A stretch of 62,789 nt of DNA, filler included, from Stramenopiles sp. TOSAG23-6 (GCA_900128565.1; 15 parts of 15 records of this genome joined end to end with filler, not necessarily neighbours in it); one strand, 5' to 3'; positions 37,809 through 50,884 are shown, counted from the whole stretch's first letter. Program-made: numbers and translations. Notes: a model not told the origin generated them from the letters alone.

Positions 37809-40800
37809 GAGGGTTACAAATACGTACCATGTACATGGACGAAAGATACAGAGTGTGTCAAATGTAAATCCGATGAATATGTACCAATTAATAGTACTGA
37901 GTGTAGAAGGTGTACTACTATAACATCATGTAAATCAAAAAGCTCTGCACCTACAAAATGTACATTGACAGCTGACGCAAAGTGTGAACCTTGTCCAGAG
38001 GGTTACTATTCATATGAAGGTAAAAAATGTAAACGTTGCCTTACTGAAAATAAACCATAAAATAATGAAANNNNNNNNNNNNNNNNNNNNNNNNNNNNNN
38101 NNNNNNNNNNNNNNNNNNNNNNNNNNNNTAAAATGTTCCGATGATGTAGATGCTCATTGCAAAACATGCGAAATTGAATCTTGCCCAAAAGGTCATAGAA
38201 GTGAGCTTTGCAAAGATAATATCGGATCACACTGTATCAAATGTAATCAAGGTAATTTTTCCATCGATGGTAAAAAATGTCAGACGTGTTCTTTGAAACC
38301 ATCATGCCCACAAGGCCATAAAACCAAGGATTGTACGCTCACTAAGGATACTATGTGGCTCCACAAAGTGCTACGATGTAAAGAAACCAACACGAGATAC
38401 TTGCCCAAAATATTGTAATTTCCAAAGATATTTTTTTGAAAAGAAGGATTACTGTTACCCATGTAAAAATCTCAATGGGTGCCCCGCTGGCGAGCAATTT
38501 CGACCATGTAGTCCCACAGCAGATGATGCTTGTGATGTTTGTCCTAAAGGTTCGTTTTCGCCAAGCTTTGGAAAAGAGCAATGTATTTCTTGTAATAAAA
38601 CTAAGAAGTGCCCAGAAACACATAAACTAATCAAATGTTCAGAAATAGCTGATGCAAGTTGCAAATTAATAGAATGTGACTCAAATGAAACATGGGATAA
38701 GGAAACACAACAGTGCAAACGATGCTCTGCGATCCCCAAATGTGCTGATGGGTATAAATATGTCCAGTGTTCTACTCTGAAAGATAGTAGATGTGTTGCT
38801 TGTGATGATAACTACTGGGTTGAACGGGGCGGTACAGTATGCAAAAAATGTAGTAATAAACCGACTAATTGTGTAGCTGGTTATGAACCAGCTAAATGTA
38901 CACGTTTCAGAGATTCATTTTGTAAACCATGCACTAATGATTCGTTTTCTCTCAACGGTCATACGTGTCAGAAATGTAGCAAACATGAGAGTATTAATTG
39001 TTTAGACGGTGTAATCAGAAACTGTACAAGAACAGCAAACACGCGTTGTCAAAGATGCCGTGTTGATTCTGCAGCACCTTCAAATATGATGTACTATAAT
39101 AAAGATGCCAATTCATGTGCAAAGTGTACCCAAAAGAAAAATCTACAATGTGAAAGAGGTTATGAGTTTAAAGATTGCACTGCGACTAAAAATGCTTATT
39201 GTGGTTTGTGTGACACCAAAACATGTTCACCAGGAAATGAACCTGTGTTGTGCTACAATGGAGTACCAAGTTCGTGCAAGCCTTGCGAAGGCAACAAATA
39301 TTCACTAAATGGAAAAATTTGCCAAAGTTGTTCAACTATTGGAACCAAGTGCGAAGTTGGGCTAAAGTTTGCAGAATGTAATCGTTTCAGAGATGCTGGA
39401 TGTCAACCATGTGAAAAGGATGACACACACATACAATGTCGCAAAAGTAATATACAGAAATGTAGTTCTCTTTATAGAAATTGTAATAACGAAACAAATC
39501 GTGAATGTTTACTCGAACAAAAACATTATAAAGTACTTTATGATGATGAAGAATGGTGTTCTCCATGTCATGATCACGTAAAGTGTGGCGTAGGTCAAGG
39601 ATTTCATAAATGTGATGCTACAAATGATAATTTATGTAAACCATGTCCAGACGGGACATTCTCTGTCACACATGATAAATCATCTTGTAAAATATGTAGT
39701 ACAATCTTCGAAGGAACATGTGCTAAAGATCATTATATAAAAGAGTGCACTTCGGTGGCTGATGCAAGCTGTACTAGAATGGGATGCACCGAGGGGGAGA
39801 CTTGGAACTACGATACTCAAAAATGTAAACCGTGTACTGATATTGTATGCGGCCAAGGTTATCGAAAGGTTTCATGCGAAACTTCAAGAGACACACACTG
39901 TGAGAAATGCGGACCAGGTAAATATGTCGAGGCTCTCGGTGTCAAATGCAAAACGTGTACATCCACAACCACTCTGAATACATGTGAACCTGGACAAGAA
40001 CTATTAAAATGTAAGTTGGATGAAGATCGTCAGTGCAAACACTGTGATACAGGGAGATTTTCGCCTGGTGGCGGTGTTGCGTGCAAGAAATGTTTAACTA
40101 AGAGTGAAGTTGATAGCTCCCTAAATGGTGGTTGCTGGAATGGCGTTATCGAATATTGTACAAAATCTTCCCAAACAAGTTGTAATGTATGTTTTGACCT
40201 GAACAGCAAGGATAATAATTTTAAGTTCTATGATTCAAAACACGATAGATGTGTAAATTGTAAAAAGGAACATGAACTCAATGGTGTCACACATAATGGT
40301 TACTGTCGCGACGGTTTTGAATTTCGCAATTGTTCAGATATTACTGATTCTTCTTGTGTGAAATGCAAACCGAAACAGTGCACTGCAGGATATGAACCGG
40401 TATTATGTAGTAGTAACCCAAAAAAGCCATCATCGTGTAAATCTTGTGAAAGTGGAAAATATTCTACGGATGGAAGCTTATGTAAACCATGTAAAACAAC
40501 GAATGTGTTGTGTTCACCAAATCACAAACTTCAGGAATGTACACCACAAGAAGACTTAAAGTGCATTCGGTGCGAGGGGGAAAATGATCCTCACCAACAA
40601 TGTTTAAAGAGTGGTGTGCAGCATTGTTCTCAAATTCAAAACCTTGATCTTCAAGCGGTAAATCCAGAGTATTACAAGATAGGAGAATGGTGTTATCCAT
40701 GTCAAAAAATAGAAAGTTGTCCTGAAGGACACGGATATCAAAAATGTGGGAATGGGAAAGATGCTCAATGTAACCGATGTATTCCTGGGGAAACATTTTC

Positions 40801-41899
40801 GTCGTCGGCAGATAAATCGTCGTGCAGGACATGCAACAAATTTGAATGTACTAAGAAACAGAAAATAAAACAATGCACCATAACAGAAGATTATGATTGT
40901 GTCAAACCAAAATGTGAAACAAATACGACATGGAAGTATCTTAAACAAAAATGTGAAAAATGTGCACCTCCTCAATGCAATGAAGGACAAAAGATTGTAG
41001 CCTGTACACTTCATACTGATACAAAATGTGTCTCGTGTAATAAAAATGAGTATGCTATAAGAGGCAGTTATAAATGCACAAAATGTTCTGAAGGTTCAGA
41101 AATAACAAACTCAATTACAATAAATCAGCAAATCGAATGTAAAGATGATCATATATTACAAGAATGTTTGCCTGGTGAAGATGCAAAATGCATCAAATGT
41201 GTAGCGGGGAAGTATAAAAAAAGTGAAAGAGAATGCGTTGATTGTTACACAGAAGAAAAAGTTAATCGTTTACTTCCCCGAGGTTGTTGGAATGGTATAT
41301 TTCAAATGTGTTCCAACAAGACACAGTCATATTGCAAACGTTGTTATGTAGATGGCGAGATACCTGGTAAACAACAATTCTTCGACGCAAATGAAAAAGT
41401 TTGTCGAAATTGTACCCAAAGAAAATGCGAAAGGGGTAAAAAGTTAATACCATGTACAGACACATCAGATTCGTTCTGCGAAATGTGTAAACCTAAACGA
41501 TGTTATGCCGGAACTGAGCCAGTTTTATGTTATGGCGATAAACCAGCTTCGTGTCAAGACTGTGAAGACGGCTATTATTCTCCAGAAGGTAAAAGTTGTA
41601 CAAAGTGCTCAACGCGCAAGCTGGAATGTGACAAAGATCATAAATTCATGAAATGCACGAAATTCGAAGATTCGAGGTGTATTCGATGTGAGCATAATGA
41701 TACACACCCTCAATGTATAAATAGTGATGTACAGCATTGTTCACAGTTGTCATCATTGGCAACATGCGAAAGTGAAGATGATTCTAATATTTGTAATGTG
41801 CCAAATCCTACGAGAAAATCTTGCCCAAAGCAATGCATTTTCACGCAACGCTACCACGCTGAAAATGAATGGTGTTACCCTTGCACTCACATAAAGAGT
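37809..41899 (+). CDS. Very large Cys-rich TNFR/furin-like repeat protein (partial at both ends; frame break near 38355)
   Basis: Continuous CxxC...C..T.D..C repeats with a higher-order repeat of ~400 aa; no introns. Confidence 0.85.
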
Positions 41900-41999
41900 N
41901 NNNNNNNNNNNNNNNNNNNNNNNNNNNNNNNNNNNNNNNNNNNTTAATTAATTAANNNNNNNNNNNNNNNNNNNNNNNNNNNNNNNNNNNNNNNNNNNN

Positions 42000-44900
42000 A
42001 TTATNATTATCATCTANATGTATATTCATATCATCATTATCATCTATATGTATAGTAGTCCGACTTCCACGATTTTTACGTCGGTCAATAATCGCTCTAG
42101 CTCGATTCCGTTGAAGTTTCTGTTGCTCATTTTGTAATTGCATTTTCCACTCACTTGATGATGTACTTTTATTTTTAGTAGAATCAGTGTGACTCTTAGA
42201 TGTATAATTATCATTTGAAGTATCTCTATTTATTTCTTTTGGTTTTTCTTCTTTTTCTGATAGAAAATTTGTTTCTTTTTTTTCTTCTTTTTCTGATAGA
42301 AAATTTGTTTCTTCTTTTTCTTCTTTTTCTGATAGAAAATTTGTTTCTTCTTTTTCTTCTGGTAGAAAATTTGTTTGGTATTTTGATTGGGTAAGTTCTT
42401 CACCATTCATACTATTACCTGCTGATGTCAATTTCCATAAAGATCTTTTAGTGATTGATGTTTCATGTTGTTTCCCATCACAGTTCGATTCATGTTTTAT
42501 ATTGGTTGCATTACATGGTACAATATTTTTACCATCTTTTACATTATTATTATAAACGTAATCCATACTATTGCTTTCAGTATTAAATGCAATATTTTCA
42601 TTAACACTTTCATCGCAATCCGACTTCTCACTATTTGATGTCTGTGATTGAGATAACGTGAATGAACTGTATTGTGCAAAAATATTTGAAAAACAATTCG
42701 TTAGGTACAAAATTTTTTTACGAAAAAAAACCAAAAAAAAAAAAAAATTCGAAATTGAAATTGAAATGAAAACGTTCAATAATTGCCCCATCACTTCGTC
42801 TTTTACATGATTTGCCACACGACTTTTGAACAATTCTTCCTCTTTCAATTTCGCAGCAGCTGCCGTTCGAGCGGCTTTTTCTAATATTATTTTGGATATT
42901 TCATTTTCCAAGTTTTGTTTTGTCACTTGTAAAGATTCAATCGTAACCGTCACTTCTTTTAATTTTTTACGAAGTTGACGCAAAGTAGGCTTTTTAATAT
43001 CATTACACTTTTCTACATTTCGTGATTTATCCTTACTTTTTTTTGTCGTTTTTCGCTTTCCTTTTAGATTTTTTATATTCACAGTTTTTTGATTCATTTT
43101 TGGATTTGTTTTCTTAATATTTCGCCATTTGTCTTTTATATTTGTTGAACTTCGTAAACATAAAATTTCGGAAAACTCTTTATCATTTTTCATCTCCGTC
43201 CAATTTCCAATTCCATGTTTTTCCACTGCTTTATGTAATGCGTCCACCTCAGAAGCAGTCCATCTTTTTCTTTTAGATTTCGTGTTTTTTGTATGATCTG
43301 GTAGTACTACACTATTGGATTCAATGGATTCAATGGATTGTATACCTCCTCCACATGACTCTATATTATTTGGGGATATCCCATTTGTTGTTGTATATAT
43401 ACCTGAGTTATTGGCTTTCTTTATCAAGTCTATTAATACACCTGTCGAGACGTTATTCACTTTAGCACATTTTTTTAAATGTGAATTTTTTTTAGTCGAT
43501 GTAAAAGTTGAAAAGTCAATGTTGCATAAAACACATTTTTGATTTCTTTGGAAATGTGTTCCAACAACCGAAATGTTTATACTATTACTATTAGTATCAA
43601 TATTATTATCAATACTTATACTATTATTATTATCAATACTTATACTATTAGTATCAATATTATTATCAATACTTATACTATTATAATCATTTTCAATATG
43701 TTTATTCGCATTAGTGGATTGTTTTTGATTTTCTAGACAATATTGGATACATTTTAAAGTTTTTGTTTCGTTTCTATTTATTTTTGTAATTCTTGAACTA
43801 CAGTTTTTATCTAAACACACATTTACATGCCGTTGTCTCTCCTCAATTGAATAATTATCAAGATTTTCATCACAGGCAGGACAACAGAAGTTAGGGTTAG
43901 GGTTCGTTGACTCTTTATTTTTGGGTACAACTACATTTTTAAGTACAGATTTCATTACTTCTTGTTTTGGAGATGAAGATTTCGACGTTTTTGCAACTTT
44001 TGTTTTCTGTTGAATACAAAAGGAAAAATCTTCAAGGACTATTGGGCCTATTTGTTGTCGATTTTTTTGATTTTCAATATTTATTTTATTTGATATTTTT
44101 ACTTTTTCTTCATTTTCATTATTTTTTTGATTTTTTTCAATTTCAATCGTGTTTGGTAAAGAACTATTTGATTTCGCTTTTTTCACTTGACTTGTTTCAA
44201 TAAAATCTGACAAATCTAATTCATTTATTTCTGGAGACATGTTTTGAAGTATACCAGTAGATAATGATCGCTTTGGAGTATTTGCAATTTGAGCGCATTT
44301 CCGTTTAGTCGTTTTTTTATCAGAGATTTCAGAGTTTTGATGTATACTATTATTATCAGAATTGACCATAAAATAATGCAAAAGAGCTGAAGTGTCACCC
44401 ATATTGATATGTGTCATACACATTTCTCGATTCTGCGCACGTTTAATTTGAAGAGTAACGCCTACATTTGGATTGAGTTGAAGTTCATTCAATCGTGTTC
44501 CATTTGTACTTGAAAGATCTGTTATTCCTACTGTGAGAATTTCCTCGTTGTTTTCTATCAATGAAGATTGTTTTTTTTTATGTCCATACACTTGAATCTT
44601 GCAGTGACAATCAGATACAGAAGTATCCTTTCGTAGAGTTATACCACATTTACGTGACCGACCTATAATTATTGTAGTGCAGTCATCATCACAGACTTCA
44701 TTTGTACTTTTTTCACTACTTTCGGTCCCTTCAGTTTCGAGTAAAATATCTAAACTATTCGATTCACGTAGATCTTGACTATCCGCATTATCGTCAATAC
44801 CATTATTCTCCTTTTGTTGCGATAACCGTATTCTAGCTTTTGTTTTTTTTGACTGCAAACGCCCTCCGAGTCTCGACCTCTTCTTTTTGGGATCTCGCTG

Positions 44901-45047
44901 TCTCTTCCTTCGTAATTTTTCCTTCACTACAACTGGTGCTGTCAATTCAACGTTTCCCGCTTCTGATGTCCATAGTGGAAAATGCTCTCCAGCATGCGGA
45001 CCAGATATTACAATGAGTTGTAGCTCATGCTTTGCAGATGTCATCAA
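42000..45047 (-). CDS. SLX4-like protein with FHA, two UBZ4-type zinc fingers and a TRF-type Myb (telobox) domain; intron 42667-42777; 3' truncated
   Basis: IGRS...VSDCHCKI...DLSSTNGT (FHA); CPACDENL...RQRHVNVCLD and CVLC...KNSHLKKCA (UBZ4 pair); KRKRWTASEVDAL...IKDKWRN (telobox). Confidence 0.75.
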
Positions 45048-45264
45048 TGATTTGAACTATTTACGTGGGAGCCATTATTGTTCTTTTAAATCTCTCTCCT
45101 TCTTCTCTTGAGATCAGCGACTCAAAAAAAAGTACTCAAAAAGTCGTTTCAAACCCTATAATCGTGAAATTGATTAGAAAATATATCATCATGTAACTTT
45201 CATTCATTTTTTTTTTATTACTTATTACTTTTTTTTATGATAAAATTATTGTAAACAGCCTCTA

Positions 45265-46023
45265 TTATATCTTCCTTAACAAATAAACACCTGCAAGCAA
45301 CCCGCCTAATTCAACACGCCATTGATTCTCAATCTGTATAAGTGAATTAGAGTTTGATACAACTTTTGTAGGGTTAGGGTTAGGGTTAACATTATCCGTA
45401 CAATTTGTACATTTTTGTATATTTTTTGTATTTGATTTGACTGCAGAGTCCCGAATCATTCTCAAATTTTGCCACAAAGTTCTTGTATCATTCGGAAATG
45501 CAGTAATCCAATCCTCAGCAGTTGTTTCCCCTTCAAGCAATTCCACTGGAACATTTCCTAAATATTTGTCAATAAAGTTTTGAATGGTTGCCAAAAGTTT
45601 GAGACGTTTTATTTTTACTTTGTTGTTACTTTTATTAGCGTTTTTATTACTTTTATTATCCTCATCATGTATACTATTCTTTATTTTTACTTTGTTGTTA
45701 CTTTTATTAGCGTTTTTATTACTTTTACTATCCTCATCATGTATATTATTCTTTATTTTTACCTTTTTAATACATTGATGATCCTTCTCATGTATTTCAT
45801 TCTTTATATTATCATTTATTTTTGTCATTTTGAGAATTTGAGTTTTTCTTTTTCTATCATTACCCTCAAAAATTTTCTTTCTTTTTTGTAACAATTTTCT
45901 ATAGCAAATACTATTCAAATATTTCTCATGGTCTGCTGAGTCAACTATAATTTTTGAATATTCAGTATTTATATTTTTTATCCATTTCTGAAAATTCTTT
46001 GTCAATGACGTCAGAATTACAGC
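45265..46023 (-). CDS. Unknown K/N-rich protein, last exon
   Basis: Open frame after intron end ...aaaatacag at 46024. Confidence 0.6.
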   Translation of the reverse strand, partial: AVILTSLTKNFQKWIKNINTEYSKIIVDSADHEKYLNSICYRKLLQKRKKIFEGNDRKRKTQILKMTKINDNIKNEIHEKDHQCIKKVKIKNNIHDEDSKSNKNANKSNNKVKIKNSIHDEDNKSNKNANKSNNKVKIKRLKLLATIQNFIDKYLGNVPVELLEGETTAEDWITAFPNDTRTLWQNLRMIRDSAVKSNTKNIQKCTNCTDNVNPNPNPTKVVSNSNSLIQIENQWRVELGGLLAGVYLLRKI

Positions 46024-46183
46024 CTGTATTTTGGAAAAATATTTCAAAAAAAAATCTAAAAAAATTTGTTAGGTACAAAATTTNNNNNNNNNNNNNNNNN
46101 NNNNNNNNNNNNNNNNNNNNNNNNNNNTTAATTAATTAANNNNNNNNNNNNNNNNNNNNNNNNNNNNNNNNNNNNNNNNNNNN

Positions 46184-49100
46184 ATTATNATTATCATCTA
46201 NATGTATATTCATATCATCATTATCATCTATATGTATAGTAGTCCGACTTCCACGATTTTTACGTCGGTCAATAATCGCTCTAGCTCGATTCCGTTGAAG
46301 TTTCTGTTGCTCATTTTGTAATTGCATTTTCCACTCACTTGATGATGTACTTTTATTTTTAGTAGAATCAGTGTGACTCTTAGATGTATAATTATCATTT
46401 GAAGTATCTCTATTTATTTCTTTTGGTTTTTCTTCTTTTTCTGATAGAAAATTTGTTTCTTTTTTTTCTTCTTTTTCTGATAGAAAATTTGTTTCTTCTT
46501 TTTCTTCTTTTTCTGATAGAAAATTTGTTTCTTCTTTTTCTTCTGGTAGAAAATTTGTTTGGTATTTTGATTGGGTAAGTTCTTCACCATTCATACTATT
46601 ACCTGCTGATGTCAATTTCCATAAAGATCTTTTAGTGATTGATGTTTCATGTTGTTTCCCATCACAGTTCGATTCATGTTTTATATTGGTTGCATTACAT
46701 GGTACAATATTTTTACCATCTTTTACATTATTATTATAAACGTAATCCATACTATTGCTTTCAGTATTAAATGCAATATTTTCATTAACACTTTCATCGC
46801 AATCCGACTTCTCACTATTTGATGTCTGTGATTGAGATAACGTGAATGAACTGTATTGTGCAAAAATATTTGAAAAACAATTCGTTAGGTACAAAATTTT
46901 TTTACGAAAAAAAACCAAAAAAAAAAAAAAATTCGAAATTGAAATTGAAATGAAAACGTTCAATAATTGCCCCATCACTTCGTCTTTTACATGATTTGCC
47001 ACACGACTTTTGAACAATTCTTCCTCTTTCAATTTCGCAGCAGCTGCCGTTCGAGCGGCTTTTTCTAATATTATTTTGGATATTTCATTTTCCAAGTTTT
47101 GTTTTGTCACTTGTAAAGATTCAATCGTAACCGTCACTTCTTTTAATTTTTTACGAAGTTGACGCAAAGTAGGCTTTTTAATATCATTACACTTTTCTAC
47201 ATTTCGTGATTTATCCTTACTTTTTTTTGTCGTTTTTCGCTTTCCTTTTAGATTTTTTATATTCACAGTTTTTTGATTCATTTTTGGATTTGTTTTCTTA
47301 ATATTTCGCCATTTGTCTTTTATATTTGTTGAACTTCGTAAACATAAAATTTCGGAAAACTCTTTATCATTTTTCATCTCCGTCCAATTTCCAATTCCAT
47401 GTTTTTCCACTGCTTTATGTAATGCGTCCACCTCAGAAGCAGTCCATCTTTTTCTTTTAGATTTCGTGTTTTTTGTATGATCTGGTAGTACTACACTATT
47501 GGATTCAATGGATTCAATGGATTGTATACCTCCTCCACATGACTCTATATTATTTGGGGATATCCCATTTGTTGTTGTATATATACCTGAGTTATTGGCT
47601 TTCTTTATCAAGTCTATTAATACACCTGTCGAGACGTTATTCACTTTAGCACATTTTTTTAAATGTGAATTTTTTTTAGTCGATGTAAAAGTTGAAAAGT
47701 CAATGTTGCATAAAACACATTTTTGATTTCTTTGGAAATGTGTTCCAACAACCGAAATGTTTATACTATTACTATTAGTATCAATATTATTATCAATACT
47801 TATACTATTATTATTATCAATACTTATACTATTAGTATCAATATTATTATCAATACTTATACTATTATAATCATTTTCAATATGTTTATTCGCATTAGTG
47901 GATTGTTTTTGATTTTCTAGACAATATTGGATACATTTTAAAGTTTTTGTTTCGTTTCTATTTATTTTTGTAATTCTTGAACTACAGTTTTTATCTAAAC
48001 ACACATTTACATGCCGTTGTCTCTCCTCAATTGAATAATTATCAAGATTTTCATCACAGGCAGGACAACAGAAGTTAGGGTTAGGGTTCGTTGACTCTTT
48101 ATTTTTGGGTACAACTACATTTTTAAGTACAGATTTCATTACTTCTTGTTTTGGAGATGAAGATTTCGACGTTTTTGCAACTTTTGTTTTCTGTTGAATA
48201 CAAAAGGAAAAATCTTCAAGGACTATTGGGCCTATTTGTTGTCGATTTTTTTGATTTTCAATATTTATTTTATTTGATATTTTTACTTTTTCTTCATTTT
48301 CATTATTTTTTTGATTTTTTTCAATTTCAATCGTGTTTGGTAAAGAACTATTTGATTTCGCTTTTTTCACTTGACTTGTTTCAATAAAATCTGACAAATC
48401 TAATTCATTTATTTCTGGAGACATGTTTTGAAGTATACCAGTAGATAATGATCGCTTTGGAGTATTTGCAATTTGAGCGCATTTCCGTTTAGTCGTTTTT
48501 TTATCAGAGATTTCAGAGTTTTGATGTATACTATTATTATCAGAATTGACCATAAAATAATGCAAAAGAGCTGAAGTGTCACCCATATTGATATGTGTCA
48601 TACACATTTCTCGATTCTGCGCACGTTTAATTTGAAGAGTAACGCCTACATTTGGATTGAGTTGAAGTTCATTCAATCGTGTTCCATTTGTACTTGAAAG
48701 ATCTGTTATTCCTACTGTGAGAATTTCCTCGTTGTTTTCTATCAATGAAGATTGTTTTTTTTTATGTCCATACACTTGAATCTTGCAGTGACAATCAGAT
48801 ACAGAAGTATCCTTTCGTAGAGTTATACCACATTTACGTGACCGACCTATAATTATTGTAGTGCAGTCATCATCACAGACTTCATTTGTACTTTTTTCAC
48901 TACTTTCGGTCCCTTCAGTTTCGAGTAAAATATCTAAACTATTCGATTCACGTAGATCTTGACTATCCGCATTATCGTCAATACCATTATTCTCCTTTTG
49001 TTGCGATAACCGTATTCTAGCTTTTGTTTTTTTTGACTGCAAACGCCCTCCGAGTCTCGACCTCTTCTTTTTGGGATCTCGCTGTCTCTTCCTTCGTAAT

Positions 49101-50263
49101 TTTTCCTTCACTACAACTGGTGCTGTCAATTCAACGTTTCCCGCTTCTGATGTCCATAGTGGAAAATGCTCTCCAGCATGCGGACCAGATATTACAATGA
49201 GTTGTAGCTCATGCTTTGCAGATGTCATCAATGATTTGAACTATTTACGTGGGAGCCATTATTGTTCTTTTAAATCTCTCTCCTTCTTCTCTTGAGATCA
49301 GCGACTCAAAAAAAAGTACTCAAAAAGTCGTTTCAAACCCTATAATCGTGAAATTGATTAGAAAATATATCATCATGTAACTTTCATTCATTTTTTTTTT
49401 ATTACTTATTACTTTTTTTTATGATAAAATTATTGTAAACAGCCTCTATTATATCTTCCTTAACAAATAAACACCTGCAAGCAACCCGCCTAATTCAACA
49501 CGCCATTGATTCTCAATCTGTATAAGTGAATTAGAGTTTGATACAACTTTTGTAGGGTTAGGGTTAGGGTTAACATTATCCGTACAATTTGTACATTTTT
49601 GTATATTTTTTGTATTTGATTTGACTGCAGAGTCCCGAATCATTCTCAAATTTTGCCACAAAGTTCTTGTATCATTCGGAAATGCAGTAATCCAATCCTC
49701 AGCAGTTGTTTCCCCTTCAAGCAATTCCACTGGAACATTTCCTAAATATTTGTCAATAAAGTTTTGAATGGTTGCCAAAAGTTTGAGACGTTTTATTTTT
49801 ACTTTGTTGTTACTTTTATTAGCGTTTTTATTACTTTTATTATCCTCATCATGTATACTATTCTTTATTTTTACTTTGTTGTTACTTTTATTAGCGTTTT
49901 TATTACTTTTACTATCCTCATCATGTATATTATTCTTTATTTTTACCTTTTTAATACATTGATGATCCTTCTCATGTATTTCATTCTTTATATTATCATT
50001 TATTTTTGTCATTTTGAGAATTTGAGTTTTTCTTTTTCTATCATTACCCTCAAAAATTTTCTTTCTTTTTTGTAACAATTTTCTATAGCAAATACTATTC
50101 AAATATTTCTCATGGTCTGCTGAGTCAACTATAATTTTTGAATATTCAGTATTTATATTTTTTATCCATTTCTGAAAATTCTTTGTCAATGACGTCAGAA
50201 TTACAGCCTGTATTTTGGAAAAATATTTCAAAAAAAAATCTAAAAAAATTTGTTAGGTACAAA
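46184..50263. repeat. Redundant contig: copy of 42000-46079 (SLX4-like gene 46184-49231; ORF 49449-50207)
   Basis: Identical ORF translations, and the same internal n positions. Confidence 0.95.
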
Positions 50264-50418
50264 NNNNNNNNNNNNNNNNNNNNNNNNNNNNNNNNNNNNN
50301 NNNNNNNTTAATTAATTAANNNNNNNNNNNNNNNNNNNNNNNNNNNNNNNNNNNNNNNNNNNNTTGTACCTAACAAATTTTAGTTTTTTTTTTTTTGAAA
50401 TATTTTTCCAAAATACAT

Positions 50419-50884
50419 CTATGATAGTGGACACAAAACTTGGCTTCGAAAGCATAGTAGCTTTGCTGATATTAATGAATTTAACAATCTTGCAGATGCT
50501 CTTGAAAGTTTTCTCACAACAAAGGCTTTCAAAGGCTTGGTAGAACTAGGGTTAGGGGATGTATGTTTTTATATTTGATTTTTTTTTAGTAGTAAATTTT
50601 GTACCTAACGAATTTTTAATCAAAAAAAAAAATTCTCTATATATGTTTTTGATTTTTTTTTAGTAGTAAATTTTGTACCTAACGAACTTTTAATAATTTT
50701 TTGTTTTTTCACAATATATGTTTTTGGAAGTTCTGGTGAAGAAACCGATGCTAGTCGAGAAGGTCTGTCTGATCTTGTGGATTTGGCTGTAGCTGATGGT
50801 TGCCAAACAAATGCTGTGACTCTTTTGGAGAATGATTATCATGAGATAATGAATTTGGCATTTAGGTTAACAAAAAAAGCATAA
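50419..50884 (+). CDS. C-terminal exons, probably iron-containing alcohol dehydrogenase family
   Basis: KGLVELGLGD|VFG...LSDLVDLAVADGCQTNAVTL..DYHEIM joined by GT-AT intron 50561-50719. Confidence 0.55.

Noticed and set aside
45368-45388. True telomere
   Set aside because: Only about three units, and internal to an exon.
46184-50263. Real tandem duplication of the SLX4-like locus
   Set aside because: It is a separate contig with the same ambiguous bases, so assembly redundancy.
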